64,000 nucleotides of DNA from Bacteroidales bacterium (GCA_003446015.1 DMBU01000054.1:1121-65120), one strand, 5' to 3'. Shown: positions 1 through 11,570, numbered from the stretch's first letter. Translations and numbers: made by a program. Notes: a model not told the origin generated them from the sequence alone.

Positions 1-303
1 AATTGGCCTTTGTTTCATTCTGTCGCTCCCTGTAAGGATTCTTTCTCCAGAAGTAATAGAGAGAAATGCCGTTAAAAAGCGCATGGCCGTTCCTGTAGCT
101 CCAATATCAATTGTGTTTTTCGATAAATCTTTTAAAGCAGAAATTAATACCTGGGTATCTTTACTGGTTGAAAGATTTTTAAGTTTTATTCTATCCCTGC
201 ATAAAGCTTGAATTATGAGTGCCCTGTTCGAAATGCTTTTCGAAGCAGGCAATGACATAAAACTCTTAATTTCTTTTATTGGAGCTGTAAGTTTAATTTT
301 CAT
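1..303 (-). CDS. aroA: 3-phosphoshikimate 1-carboxyvinyltransferase (EPSP synthase), N-terminal part; runs off the window
   Basis: Not in the ORF track. Reverse-strand translation from the ATG at 303 gives MKIKLTAPIKEIKSFMSLPASKSISNRALIIQAL...IGATGTAMRFLTAFLS...GSDRMKQRPI. SKSxSNR and GTxxRF are EPSP synthase N-terminal signatures. The start overlaps the aroB stop by 11 nt. Confidence 0.8.
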   Translation of the reverse strand, partial: MKIKLTAPIKEIKSFMSLPASKSISNRALIIQALCRDRIKLKNLSTSKDTQVLISALKDLSKNTIDIGATGTAMRFLTAFLSITSGERILTGSDRMKQRPI

Positions 304-1369
304 ACTGTAAATTGCTATACCACTTTAGTGTTTCAATAATATCTTCTTTTTTACAGTTCTGGTTTATTTTGATTTGGCCAATATCCTCGAGTAATGTTAG
401 ATTTATATTTAAACCTTCACTCTTTTTATCATGACCAATAAGTTCAAGAATTTTTTCGAAGTCTTTTTCTCTCAATTCTAAGCGTTTATAAGTATTGAAG
501 ATATAAGAAACAATTTTATCCATTTTATGTATCGGGAAATTACTCATTTTGTGCGATAAGTATATCTCGCAAATTATTCCATGAGCTATTGCTTCTCCAT
601 GGAGAATTTCATTTTCCGAACTCATAAAGAAGCTTTCAAACGCATGACCAAAGGTATGTCCAAAATTTAAGGCTTTTCTTATATTTTTTTCAAAAGGATC
701 TTGCTCAACAAAATGGTTTTTAATATTAACCGACCTTGCAATAAGTTGATTAAGCTCCTTAAATCCTGTTTGCTTTATTTTATGATTAATCAGATTTAGC
801 CAGTCTTTTTCATCAAAAATTAAAGCATGTTTTAGCATCTCGGCCCAACCGGAAAGAATATTTCTATCATCCAACGTTTGGTTAAACGAACTATCAATAA
901 GTATATATTTTGGATGATTAAAAACCCCAATTTCGTTTTTTAATCCATAAAAATTAACTCCTGTTTTTCCCCCGATGGAAGCATCAACTTGCGATAACAG
1001 AGTAGTGGGGATATTTATAAAGTCGATTCCTCGTTTAAATGTTGAAGCCGCAAATCCACCAAGGTCGCCAATAATCCCTCCACCTAAATTTATTAATAAA
1101 GAAGTTCTGTCGGCTCCTTTTTCCTGGAGTGTTTTCCACACTTTTTCTACTGTGTTAATTGTTTTGTTCGATTCTCCGCTTTTAATTTCAATTATTTCAG
1201 ATTTCTTAATTTCATCAATAGCATAAATTAAAGGCAAGCAATTGGATTTTGTATTTTCATCAACCAATACAAATATTTTTCTATTCTTTAATTCTTTGAA
1301 GATTTCAGTTAAAATTGTCTGTATTTCAGTAGAAATAAATATGGTGGAAAACTCCGAATTAATTCTCAT
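293..1369 (-). CDS. aroB: 3-dehydroquinate synthase
   Basis: 358-aa ORF with GGGIIGDLGGFAA, GGKTGVN, NFGHTFGHAFE and HGEAIAHG motifs typical of AroB. Sits directly upstream of aroA. Confidence 0.9.
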   Translation of the reverse strand: MRINSEFSTIFISTEIQTILTEIFKELKNRKIFVLVDENTKSNCLPLIYAIDEIKKSEIIEIKSGESNKTINTVEKVWKTLQEKGADRTSLLINLGGGIIGDLGGFAASTFKRGIDFINIPTTLLSQVDASIGGKTGVNFYGLKNEIGVFNHPKYILIDSSFNQTLDDRNILSGWAEMLKHALIFDEKDWLNLINHKIKQTGFKELNQLIARSVNIKNHFVEQDPFEKNIRKALNFGHTFGHAFESFFMSSENEILHGEAIAHGIICEIYLSHKMSNFPIHKMDKIVSYIFNTYKRLELREKDFEKILELIGHDKKSEGLNINLTLLEDIGQIKINQNCKKEDIIETLKWYSNLQYEN

Positions 1370-1488
1370 TTAGGAAATTGATTTTTGATGTATAAAAGTA
1401 CAAAATATATTTATACCATAAAATCGACTTTTTAGGAATAATAAGAAAATCTGGGCATCATTAATTATGTAAAACATAGAAAGTTACT

Positions 1489-1496
1489 TATCTTTG
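1489..1496 (+). promoter_or_regulatory. candidate Bacteroidota -7 promoter element (TAtcTTTG)
   Basis: Matches the TAnnTTTG consensus, 23 nt upstream of the ATG at 1519. Confidence 0.3.
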
Positions 1497-1518
1497 ATTC
1501 CCGATTTATAAATTCGTT

Positions 1519-1992
1519 ATGCATTTTGATAATAGTAATAAAGTAATAAAACTTAGCAAAAGAAAATATATCGCCCTGCTGATATATTTAATATTAATGG
1601 GAGTGCTTATTTTATCTGATGTGTTTGGTAATAGAATCCTTGGATATGATAAGTCAATATTTATAGGTTCTTTCACAGCACTATATATCCTGTATGTGGT
1701 TTATGCCTATTTATCAAATTATAATTATTTTGTATTTAACGACGAAGGTGAAAAGCTAACTTTCCGGTTTGCCTCACTCCGCCCGTTCGATAATAAAAAG
1801 CAGGCAATCGAAATACCAAAAACTAGTTTTAAAGGATATAAATTCAAAAATTCATTTTTTAAACTGAGACAGGAAATAATCCTACATGTAAAAACGAATA
1901 ATGGTATTGCAAGTTATCCTCCGATAAGTATTAGGGCTCTTTCTATAAACCAAAGAAAGATGCTTGTTAGCTCTTTAAATCAGTATGTTTAG
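1519..1992 (+). CDS. hypothetical membrane protein
   Basis: 157-aa ORF with two N-terminal hydrophobic helices (ALLIYLILMGVLILS, FIGSFTALYILYVVYAYL). No recognisable family. Confidence 0.5.
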   Translation: MHFDNSNKVIKLSKRKYIALLIYLILMGVLILSDVFGNRILGYDKSIFIGSFTALYILYVVYAYLSNYNYFVFNDEGEKLTFRFASLRPFDNKKQAIEIPKTSFKGYKFKNSFFKLRQEIILHVKTNNGIASYPPISIRALSINQRKMLVSSLNQYV

Positions 1993-2130
1993 CTGGTGTG
2001 ACGACAAGTCCTATTCTGAAAATGTTTAGTATTTATTTTCATATTTTTATTAAACCGGCAGGTATTAAAAATGTGTTTAATATCATATTATTATCCTTAT
2101 GTTTTTTTGAATTAATTGAATATTAAAATT

Positions 2131-2138
2131 TACTTTTG
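2131..2138 (+). promoter_or_regulatory. candidate -7 promoter element (TActTTTG) for gdhA
   Basis: TAnnTTTG match 58 nt upstream of the ATG at 2196. Confidence 0.35.
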
Positions 2139-2195
2139 CGCAAAATTTTTAGATTACTAATACAATTTAGTTTTAATCATTAAAATAATATAAAC

Positions 2196-3533
2196 ATGAA
2201 CGTTGATAAATTAATGCTTCAGCTTGAGCAAAAACATCCAGGAGAAGTTGAATATCTTCAAGCTGTTAGAGAAGTTTTAGAATCCATTGAGGATATTTAC
2301 AATCAAAATCCTCAGTTTGAAGCTGCTGCTATTGTTGAAAGAATTGTTGAGCCAGACAGAATCTTAACTTTTAAGGTGCCTTGGGTTGGTGACGATGGTA
2401 AAGTAAATGTTAACTTAGGTTACCGTATTCAATTTAACAATGCTATTGGACCTTATAAAGGTGGTTTACGTTTTCACCCTAGTGTAAATTTAAGTATCCT
2501 TAAATTTTTAGGTTTTGAACAAATTTTCAAAAATTCTTTAACTACATTACCTATGGGTGGTGGTAAAGGAGGTTCTGATTTCAATCCAAAAGGAAAATCA
2601 GATGCTGAAGTTATGCGTTTTTGTCAATCATTCATGATGGAATTATGGAGACTTATTGGTCCTGAAACTGATGTACCTGCTGGTGATATCGGAGTTGGTG
2701 GTCGCGAAATTGGTTTCATGTTCGGAATGTACAGAAAATTAGCAAGAGAAAATACTGGTGTTTTAACCGGTAAAGGTTTAAACTGGGGTGGTAGTTTAAT
2801 TCGTCCTGAAGCTACTGGTTTTGGTAATGTTTATTTTGCAAAAGAAATGTTAGCAACCAAAGGTGAAACTTTCGAAGGTAAAACCGTTGCTGTTTCTGGT
2901 TTTGGTAATGTTGCCTGGGGAGCTACTATTAAAGCTACCGAATTAGGAGCAAAAGTGGTAACTATTTCTGGTCCTGATGGATATATTTACGATCCTGCAG
3001 GTATTTCAGGTGAAAAAATCAATTATTTATTAGAATTGAGAGCTTCTAACAACGACGTTGTTGCTCCATATGCTGATAAATTTAGTGGTTCTACATTCTT
3101 TGCAGGTAAAAGACCTTGGGAACAAAAAGTTGATATAGCTCTTCCTTGTGCTACTCAAAATGAGTTAAATAAAGAAGATGCTCAAATGTTAATTAAGAAC
3201 GGCTGTATGTGTGTTTCTGAAGGTGCTAATATGCCTTCTACACCAGAAGCAGTTGAATTATTCTTAGAACACAAATTATTATTCGGTCCTGGTAAAGCTG
3301 CTAATGCTGGTGGTGTTGCAACTTCAGGTTTAGAAATGTCACAAAATTCAATGAAATTAAACTGGTCATCTGAAGAAGTTGATGCTAAATTACATGGAAT
3401 CATGTGTAATATTCACGAAGCATGCGTTAAATACGGAAAAGATGCTAGTGGCCATGTTGACTATGTAAAAGGTGCAAACATAGCCGGTTTCTTAAAAGTA
3501 GCTAATGCAATGTTAGATCAAGGAGTTATTTAA
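2196..3533 (+). CDS. gdhA: glutamate dehydrogenase (hexameric Glu/Leu/Phe/Val DH family)
   Basis: 445-aa ORF with [25 protein letters not shown], the catalytic [12 protein letters not shown] and a GFGNVAWG dinucleotide fold. Cofactor specificity cannot be read from the sequence. Confidence 0.9.
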   Translation: MNVDKLMLQLEQKHPGEVEYLQAVREVLESIEDIYNQNPQFEAAAIVERIVEPDRILTFKVPWVGDDGKVNVNLGYRIQFNNAIGPYKGGLRFHPSVNLSILKFLGFEQIFKNSLTTLPMGGGKGGSDFNPKGKSDAEVMRFCQSFMMELWRLIGPETDVPAGDIGVGGREIGFMFGMYRKLARENTGVLTGKGLNWGGSLIRPEATGFGNVYFAKEMLATKGETFEGKTVAVSGFGNVAWGATIKATELGAKVVTISGPDGYIYDPAGISGEKINYLLELRASNNDVVAPYADKFSGSTFFAGKRPWEQKVDIALPCATQNELNKEDAQMLIKNGCMCVSEGANMPSTPEAVELFLEHKLLFGPGKAANAGGVATSGLEMSQNSMKLNWSSEEVDAKLHGIMCNIHEACVKYGKDASGHVDYVKGANIAGFLKVANAMLDQGVI

Positions 3534-3572
3534 TTATATATAACTTGTAGTTTTTAGCTTGTAATTTATGGT

Positions 3573-3622
3573 AAGAAGGTACTCTCCCGATAGTTATCGG
3601 AATGAGTATCTTCTTTTTTTTA
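3573..3622 (+). terminator. rho-independent terminator after gdhA
   Basis: Long hairpin: AAGAAGGTACTC...GAGTATCTTCTT with an inner CCGATA/TATCGG stem, followed by a T-run. Confidence 0.6.
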
Positions 3623-3661
3623 TTTTTTTTATTTAATTTCATGTAAAAAATTACATGAATA

Positions 3662-4786
3662 ATGCACGCAGAAGATTTAAAATATAAAATAGCTCTTAGC
3701 CTTATACCCAAAGTTGGTCATATCACTGCAAAAAAACTGGTATCTTATGTGGGTAGTTTCGAAGGAGTATTTAACGAAACAAAAGGAAATTTGTTGAAAA
3801 TACCCGGGATTGGATCAGTCCTTGCTGATTTAATTGTTAATACAAATGTTTTGCCTAAAGCCGAAGAGGAAGTTGAATTTATAAAAAAAAATAAAATCAT
3901 CCCGATATTTTACCTCGATAAGCATTATCCCGAAAGATTAAAACATTGCGAAGATGCCCCAATTCTTATTTATACTTTGGGTAATATTGATCTGAATTCA
4001 AGAAAAATTCTAAGTATCGTAGGTACACGAAAAGCAACTACTGAGGGTATTGTTTTTTGCCAAAAACTTATAAAAGATCTTAAGGAACGAGAGCACAATC
4101 CTATTGTGGTTAGCGGTTTGGCATATGGTATTGATGCATGTGCACATCAGACTGCACTGAACAGTGGATTATTAACAATAGCTGTTTTGGGCCATGGCTT
4201 AGATATTATTTATCCGGCATCACATAAAAAGCTGGCAAAAGAAATTGTTAAGCAAGGAATGTTAATCACAGATTTTCCGAGCAAATCAATTCGTGATAAA
4301 AACAATTTTATTAAACGAAATAGAATTATTGCAGGTTTATCCGATGCAACCATAGTTATTGAATCAGGAGAAAAAGGTGGGTCTTTGGTTACTGCAGATA
4401 TTGCAAATTCGTATAACCGGGATGTTTTTGCAGTTCCCGGTCGAATATCAGATGTTTATTCTAAAGGTTGTAATAATCTTATTAAAACCAACAAGGCTTC
4501 AATGCTTACTTCGGTTGAGGATCTTGAATATTTATTGGGATGGGATCCAGGTAAGAAAAACGAAGAATCTGTTCAACGTGAATTGTTTGTTAATCTCAGC
4601 GAAGAAGAAAAAATTATAACAGAGATTCTTAAAAAGCATGATGAACTTCCTATCGATTCGATTTGTGTAAAATGCAACATGCCAACAAGTAAGGTGTCAC
4701 CAGTATTGTTAAACTTAGAGTTTATGGGCATTGTAAAGACATTGCCCGGGAAAATGTACAAGTTGATTTCCCCAATTTATATATGA
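3662..4786 (+). CDS. dprA: DNA-processing protein DprA (Smf)
   Basis: 374-aa ORF with GTRKAT, VVSGLAYGIDACAHQ, NFIKRNRIIAGLS and ESGEKGGSL motifs of the DprA Rossmann-like domain. Confidence 0.9.
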   Translation: MHAEDLKYKIALSLIPKVGHITAKKLVSYVGSFEGVFNETKGNLLKIPGIGSVLADLIVNTNVLPKAEEEVEFIKKNKIIPIFYLDKHYPERLKHCEDAPILIYTLGNIDLNSRKILSIVGTRKATTEGIVFCQKLIKDLKEREHNPIVVSGLAYGIDACAHQTALNSGLLTIAVLGHGLDIIYPASHKKLAKEIVKQGMLITDFPSKSIRDKNNFIKRNRIIAGLSDATIVIESGEKGGSLVTADIANSYNRDVFAVPGRISDVYSKGCNNLIKTNKASMLTSVEDLEYLLGWDPGKKNEESVQRELFVNLSEEEKIITEILKKHDELPIDSICVKCNMPTSKVSPVLLNLEFMGIVKTLPGKMYKLISPIYI

Positions 4787-4924
4787 TAAAAATCAGGAGT
4801 GTTGTTAAACATGATTGGTTTAGAATCGTTGATATTGCTAAAATACAGGGCTTCAAAACATTCTGTTATTTGAATAACAATAAAAATTGTGAATTGTCCT
4901 ATTTTCTTTAATTTTTTTTTTACA

Positions 4925-4932
4925 TAAGTTTG
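4925..4932 (+). promoter_or_regulatory. candidate -7 promoter element (TAagTTTG) for the second gdh
   Basis: TAnnTTTG match 45 nt upstream of the ATG at 4977. The right arm of the 25-bp inverted repeat (4943-4967) lies in the predicted 5' UTR. Confidence 0.35.
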
Positions 4933-4961
4933 TTAGCATTAAACCATAAATTACAAACTAA

Positions 4962-6317
<1,356 letters not shown>

Positions 6318-6340
6318 TTAATTTATCGATAAATATTTTA

Positions 6341-6369
6341 AGGGAGACAAATTTTGTCTCCCTTTTTTG
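6341..6369 (+). terminator. rho-independent terminator
   Basis: AGGGAGACAAA / TGTCTCCCT hairpin followed by TTTTTT. Confidence 0.75.
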
Positions 6370-6494
6370 TTTTAGGGTAATTCCCTTTTTGTTGATCATA
6401 GATAAGATTAACTGTTTTATGACACATTGAATTAATAACAGAACCATAGTTTTAAGTCAGATTTTTTTTATGTTTGCATCGCTTAATTTTTTTT

Positions 6495-7262
6495 ATGCAA
6501 TTAATAGATACGCATACCCATTTATTCTTACCTGAGTTTGATTCTGATAGGGATCAGGTTATTTTGAATGCACAACAGAATGGAGTAGAGAAAGTGCTTC
6601 TTCCTAATGTTGATGGTTCAACAATAAATGATTTATTAAAACTTGTTGAAAAATATCCTGATTATTGTTACCCGATGATGGGTTTGCATCCAACATCTGT
6701 AACGGAAGATTATAAGGAAGAACTCAAAAAAACAGAAATCTGGCTTGAAAAAAGAAAATTTATTGCTATTGGTGAAATAGGAATAGATTTATATTGGGAT
6801 AAAACATTTAAAAAACAACAAGAAGAGGCTTTTAGATATCAAATTGATTTAGCTAAAAAATACGATTTACCAGTTGTAATTCATGCGCGTGATTCATTTG
6901 ATGAAATATTCACAATAATGGATGAAATAATTGATGATAAATTAAAAGGAGTGTTTCATGCATTTACCGGGGATGAAATTCAAGCTAAACGTATTATTGA
7001 GTGGGGATTTAAAATAGGAATCGGAGGCATAGTTACGTTTAAAAATTCAGGATTGGATAAAGTTGTTCATAATATTGATATAAATCATATCGTTTTAGAA
7101 ACAGATTCACCATATTTGGCCCCTGTTCCGCATCGGGGAAAAAGAAATGAAAGTGCTTATTTACTCAATATTGCACAGAAAATAGCAGAAATAAAAAACA
7201 TATCATTCAAAGAAGTTGCTGAAATTACCACTTATAATGCAAATCAACTTTTTAAGTTGTAA
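6495..7262 (+). CDS. tatD: TatD-family metal-dependent hydrolase
   Basis: IDTHTHL N-terminal motif, then GEIGLD-like GEIGIDLYW, VVIHARD and ETDSPYL. The track ORF starts at a TTG at 6474; the ATG at 6495 (MQLIDTHTHL) is more likely. Confidence 0.85.
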   Translation: MQLIDTHTHLFLPEFDSDRDQVILNAQQNGVEKVLLPNVDGSTINDLLKLVEKYPDYCYPMMGLHPTSVTEDYKEELKKTEIWLEKRKFIAIGEIGIDLYWDKTFKKQQEEAFRYQIDLAKKYDLPVVIHARDSFDEIFTIMDEIIDDKLKGVFHAFTGDEIQAKRIIEWGFKIGIGGIVTFKNSGLDKVVHNIDINHIVLETDSPYLAPVPHRGKRNESAYLLNIAQKIAEIKNISFKEVAEITTYNANQLFKL

Positions 7263-7267
7263 ACAAG

Positions 7268-8305
7268 ATGAAAGAGAATAGATCAAAATCTATATTAATT
7301 ATATATACCGGAGGAACCATTGGGATGATCAAAGATCCTGAAACGGGAGTCTTATCTCCGTTTGATTTTGATCAGATTTTGGTTGAAGTGCCAGAATTAA
7401 AAAGATTTGGGTTTAAGCTTTCTACTACATCTTTTTCACCTTTAATTGATTCTTCAAACCTGAACCCCGAGGTTTGGATTAAACTGGCAGAAATCATTCA
7501 AGAAGAATATAATGCTTATGATGGTTTTGTAATACTGCATGGAACTGATACCATGGCTTATTCTGCGTCTGCTTTAAGTTTTATGCTCGAGAATCTCGAT
7601 AAACCAGTAATTTTTACAGGGTCTCAATTACCTATCGGAACTTTGCGTACTGATGGTAAAGAAAATCTTATTTCTGCAATTGAAATAGCTGCCACCGAAA
7701 AAAATGGACAAGCTCTTGCACCGGAGGTATGTGTTTATTTCGAAAATAAATTAATGAGAGGAAACCGCACAACAAAATATAATTCGGAACATTTTAATGC
7801 CTTTGAATCACCCAATTATCCTAATTTGGCTGAAGCCGGAATAAATATAAAGTTTAATTATGGTGCAATTCATTATTCAACAAACAAAAAAGATTTAAAA
7901 ATACATATCAGGTTGGATACAAATATTGTTATTTTAAAAATCTTTCCTGGAATTAATCAAGAAACAATACATACTATATTAAATTTAAATAATGTTAAAG
8001 CTATTATACTGGAAACATATGGTGCCGGAAATGCCCCTACTGAAAAGTGGTTTTTAGCTGAGATAGAAAGAGTTATTAAACAAGGACGGATAGTTTTAAA
8101 TGTTACTCAGTGTATTGCGGGGAGTGTTGATATGACAAAATACCAAACCGGAAATGAGCTTTTAAAGAGAGGTGTATTAAGCGGTTATGACATAACAACA
8201 GAAGCAGCTGTAACAAAGTTGATGCATATTCTGGGAAGAGAATTAAAGCAGGATGAATCTAAATTATTATTAAATCAATCTATTAGTGGTGAAATAACAA
8301 AATAA
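7268..8305 (+). CDS. ansA: L-asparaginase, type I
   Basis: 345-aa ORF with the IYTGGTIGM catalytic threonine motif, HGTDTMAY and GAGN. Confidence 0.85.
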   Translation: MKENRSKSILIIYTGGTIGMIKDPETGVLSPFDFDQILVEVPELKRFGFKLSTTSFSPLIDSSNLNPEVWIKLAEIIQEEYNAYDGFVILHGTDTMAYSASALSFMLENLDKPVIFTGSQLPIGTLRTDGKENLISAIEIAATEKNGQALAPEVCVYFENKLMRGNRTTKYNSEHFNAFESPNYPNLAEAGINIKFNYGAIHYSTNKKDLKIHIRLDTNIVILKIFPGINQETIHTILNLNNVKAIILETYGAGNAPTEKWFLAEIERVIKQGRIVLNVTQCIAGSVDMTKYQTGNELLKRGVLSGYDITTEAAVTKLMHILGRELKQDESKLLLNQSISGEITK

Positions 8306-8363
8306 TTATTTGATTTTGCTTATTTTTTTGTATTTTGTGCCCCGATTCGGGGCGATGTGTAAT

Positions 8364-8451
8364 GGAGAAATGGCCGAGTGGTCGAAGGCGCACGCCTGGA
8401 AAGTGTGTATACCTCACAAGGGTATCGAGGGTTCGAATCCCTCTTTCTCCG
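8364..8451 (+). tRNA. tRNA-Ser (anticodon GGA)
   Basis: Acceptor stem GGAGAAA/TTTCTCC, anticodon stem CACGC/GTGTG with loop CTGGAAA, a long variable arm, and T-arm GAGGG-TTCGAAT-CCCTC. CCA is not encoded. Confidence 0.9.
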
Positions 8452-8529
8452 CAATAATTTTTAATTAGTGAATTTTTTAATAATTTTACATACATAAAAA
8501 TCGTTAATAATTTAAACAGAAAACAAACC

Positions 8530-9363
8530 ATGAAAAAATTATTTGCATTTATAGCAGTTTTTGGGATGCTTTTATTTGGAGCATCATTCTACACAGTTGC
8601 TCAAGATGAAACAACTGATGAAACAACTGTTGAACAAACCGATTCTATGGAAATGGATGAAGTGATGGAAGACACTACAGTTGTTGCTGAAGAAGTTGCT
8701 GAAGAAGTTGTTGCAGAGGTTGAAAAACCAGCTAAACTAAAACAAATCAAAATTAAATTTATTGAAGGAGGCCCAGGATTTATGGGTGTTGTTCTTCTTT
8801 GTTTAATTTTAGGTTTAGCTATCGCAATTGAAAGAATTATTTATTTGAATTTAGCATCTACAAACACTAATAAATTATTATTATCTGTTGAAGAAGCTTT
8901 AAATCAAGGTGGTGTTGAAGCTGCAAAAGAAATTTGTCGAAATACAAAAGGCCCTGTTGCAAGTATTTTCTACCAAGGTCTTGACAGAATGGATGAAGGA
9001 ATTGAAGTTGTTGAAAAATCAGTAGTTGCTTACGGATCAGTTCAGATGGGCTTATTAGAAAAAGGAATTACCTGGATTTCATTATTTATTGCTACTGCTC
9101 CTATGTTAGGTTTCATGGGTACTGTAATTGGTATGATTGGTGCATTTGACTCAATCGAAGCTGCTGGTGATATATCTCCATCTCTTGTTGCTGGTGGTAT
9201 TAAAGTGGCTTTACTTACAACCGTAGGTGGTTTGATCGTTGCAGTTATTTTACAAGTATTTTACAATTATATTATTTCAAAAATCGATGGCATCGTGAAC
9301 GATATGGAAGATGCATCAATTTCATTAATCGATATATTAGTAAAATACAACCTAAAAAAATAA
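8530..9363 (+). CDS. exbB: MotA/TolQ/ExbB proton-channel family protein
   Basis: 277-aa ORF with a signal/TM segment, an acidic N-terminal region, and a C-terminal MotA_ExbB-like core (APMLGFMGTVIGMIGAF...ALLTTVGGL). Sits upstream of two exbD genes. Confidence 0.8.
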   Translation: MKKLFAFIAVFGMLLFGASFYTVAQDETTDETTVEQTDSMEMDEVMEDTTVVAEEVAEEVVAEVEKPAKLKQIKIKFIEGGPGFMGVVLLCLILGLAIAIERIIYLNLASTNTNKLLLSVEEALNQGGVEAAKEICRNTKGPVASIFYQGLDRMDEGIEVVEKSVVAYGSVQMGLLEKGITWISLFIATAPMLGFMGTVIGMIGAFDSIEAAGDISPSLVAGGIKVALLTTVGGLIVAVILQVFYNYIISKIDGIVNDMEDASISLIDILVKYNLKK

Positions 9364-9369
9364 TTAATT

Positions 9370-9801
9370 ATGAATAAGATATTAAGGATAGTACTAATTG
9401 TCCTTTTCTCTATTTCTGCATTATTAACCTTATTGTTTTATGCAGGAGGTGAAGAAATAAGTGGTACCCCAAGATTTACAGACCTATATATTATATGGGC
9501 GGTTGTACTTACTGGACTAGCAGTTGGACTAGCAGTTATATTTCCTGTAGTTCAAATGATAACCAACCCTAAAAACGCAAAAAAAGGTTTAGCAGGGATT
9601 CTGGCATTACTTGTTGTTATTGTTATATCTTATGTAACAGCATCGGGTGAAATATTAGGAATTAAAAATCCTGATTTAGTACAATATGATGTTCCTTCTA
9701 CGTTAAAGTATGCAGGGATGATGCTTAATTCAGTATATATATTAGCATTTATTGCTATTGTCTCAATGATATATAGTGAAGTTGCTAAAATATTTAAATA
9801 G
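9370..9801 (+). CDS. hypothetical polytopic membrane protein inside the exbB-exbD cluster
   Basis: 143-aa ORF with four hydrophobic helices, packed tightly between exbB and exbD. Confidence 0.5.
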   Translation: MNKILRIVLIVLFSISALLTLLFYAGGEEISGTPRFTDLYIIWAVVLTGLAVGLAVIFPVVQMITNPKNAKKGLAGILALLVVIVISYVTASGEILGIKNPDLVQYDVPSTLKYAGMMLNSVYILAFIAIVSMIYSEVAKIFK

Positions 9802-9855
9802 AAATTCAGGCAAGGTCGTTTGACCTTGCTCAAACATTTAACTAAAACAAAGTTT

Positions 9856-10437
9856 ATGGCAAGAAAGTCAAAAGAAACTCCCGAAATTAACGGTGGTTCT
9901 ATGGCCGATATAGCTTTCCTTTTATTGATCTTCTTCCTTGTGGCTACAACTATGGATATAGATACTGGTTTATCCAGACAGATGCCTCCATATAATCCTG
10001 AAGCTCAGGAATCTAAAGATGAAATTAAGGAACGAAATGTTTACGTGGTTCTTATTAACTCAAATGATCAGATTTTAGTTGAAGGACAACCAATGAATGT
10101 TCACAAGATTAGAGAAGCAGCAAAAGAATTTATTGTTAATCCTGAAAACAAAAGCAATTTGCCAGAAAAAAGACCTGTAGAAATAGATTTCTTAGGTGAA
10201 AAAATGGTATCGAAAGGTATAATCTCATTGCAAAATGACCGTGGAACTTCTTATGGAATGTACATAAAAGTACAGAATGAGCTTATTGCTGCATACAATG
10301 AGGTGCGTGATGAAGTTTCCATGAGAGAATTTGGACGACGTTTTGATGATTTGGTAAAAGAAAAGCAGGATGCAATAAAAGAATATTATCCTCAGATTAT
10401 TTCTGAAGCTGAACCTAAAAATATCGGAGGGAAATAA
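9856..10437 (+). CDS. exbD: ExbD/TolR biopolymer transport protein
   Basis: Has the INGGSMADIAFLLLIFFLV motif typical of the ExbD N-terminus. The ATG at 9856 is preferred over the track start at 9820. Confidence 0.8.
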   Translation: MARKSKETPEINGGSMADIAFLLLIFFLVATTMDIDTGLSRQMPPYNPEAQESKDEIKERNVYVVLINSNDQILVEGQPMNVHKIREAAKEFIVNPENKSNLPEKRPVEIDFLGEKMVSKGIISLQNDRGTSYGMYIKVQNELIAAYNEVRDEVSMREFGRRFDDLVKEKQDAIKEYYPQIISEAEPKNIGGK

Positions 10438-10438
10438 A

Positions 10439-10912
10439 ATGGCAAAATTCGGACGAAAAGGAAAAGGTGGAATGCCTGGTATTTCAACAGCTTCGTTACC
10501 AGATATTGTTTTTATGTTATTATTCTTCTTTATGGTTAGTACTGTAATGAGAGAAACAACATTAAAAATTGAACAAAAATTACCTGGTGCAACTGAAGTA
10601 AAAAAGATGGAAAGAAAATCGTTGGTTAGTTATATTAATATAGGTAAACCAAGACCAACTTTTCAATCCATGTATGGAACAGAACCTAGAATTCAATTAA
10701 ATGATGCTTTTGCAAAAGTAGCTGATATCCGTAATTATATAACTGCTGAAAGAGAAAAGATGGACGAAAAAGAACGTCCTTTGATGACAGTTTCTTTAAA
10801 GGTTGATCAAAAAACTAAAATGGGAATTGTTGTTGATGTGAAGCAGGAATTGCGTAAGGCAAGTGCCTTAAAAATTAACTACTCAACAAGAAAAGTTGAA
10901 GTTATTGAATAA
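10439..10912 (+). CDS. exbD: ExbD/TolR biopolymer transport protein
   Basis: 157-aa ORF with the LPDIVFMLLFFFMV TM motif. Starts 1 nt after the previous exbD. Confidence 0.8.
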   Translation: MAKFGRKGKGGMPGISTASLPDIVFMLLFFFMVSTVMRETTLKIEQKLPGATEVKKMERKSLVSYINIGKPRPTFQSMYGTEPRIQLNDAFAKVADIRNYITAEREKMDEKERPLMTVSLKVDQKTKMGIVVDVKQELRKASALKINYSTRKVEVIE

Positions 10913-10933
10913 AAATAATTTTTACAATATATC

Positions 10934-10966
10934 AAAAAAGGAGATGATAAATTCATCTCCTTTTTT
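10934..10966 (+). terminator. rho-independent terminator of the exb operon
   Basis: AAAAAAGGAGATGA / TCATCTCCTTTTTT hairpin with a T-run. Confidence 0.8.
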
Positions 10967-11105
10967 GATTATTTTAATTTAATGAATTGAAAAGTTTAAA
11001 CATTTTCCAATAAAACTTATATTTGTAATGATTATCTTAGTATATTAAGAGATAATTTTTAACAAAGGGCGGGAGGAATTTCACTTTGTGCTTAAAATTG
11101 GTATT

Positions 11106-11501
11106 ATGAGAAAGACTTTAAATACACTATTCATTATTGTACTTCTTCTGTTTGTTTATACTTCTTCATTTGCTCAAAAAGACATATTTATTAAGGAGTT
11201 TCAGTTTGAATTAAAAAAGAAAAGTGCAAATCAATATGAAAATGAATATTTTCTTACTATTACCTTAAATAAAAATTCACTTTATAAATTTACGGTGTTA
11301 AATCATATTGGAGATTTTCCCGGAGTTGCAGTTGTCCAGATTTTGGAAAACGACAGGGTTGTAGCAAGCAATTACGTGAATGGAAAGTATTATGAGAAAT
11401 TCATGTTTAAATGCACTAAAACCGGATTCTACGATATCTTAATTAATTTTGAAGATAATCAATTAGGCTCTTCGCTAATAAAACTATTTTTAGTCCAATA
11501 A
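11106..11501 (+). CDS. hypothetical secreted protein
   Basis: ORF with a signal peptide (MRKTLNTLFIIVLLLFVYTSSFAQ). Last gene before the island border. Confidence 0.5.
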   Translation: MRKTLNTLFIIVLLLFVYTSSFAQKDIFIKEFQFELKKKSANQYENEYFLTITLNKNSLYKFTVLNHIGDFPGVAVVQILENDRVVASNYVNGKYYEKFMFKCTKTGFYDILINFEDNQLGSSLIKLFLVQ

Positions 11502-11546
11502 AAAATCCCAAAAATAAAAAAGGATTGATACATATCAACCCTTTTC

Positions 11547-11570
11547 AAGTGACCCAGGGAGGACTCGAAC
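11547..11570. repeat. island attachment-site repeat (left), a duplicated tRNA-Arg 3' fragment
   Basis: AAGTGACCCAGGGAGGACTCGAAC is identical to 45041-45064. Confidence 0.85.

Noticed and set aside
3526-3711. 61-aa reverse-strand ORF between gdhA and dprA
   Set aside because: It spans the gdhA terminator hairpin and T/A runs and overlaps the dprA start, with no coding features.
8283-8531. 82-aa reverse-strand ORF in the track
   Set aside because: It is antisense to, and fully covers, the well-folded tRNA-Ser(GGA) at 8364-8451. It is best explained as a chance open frame.
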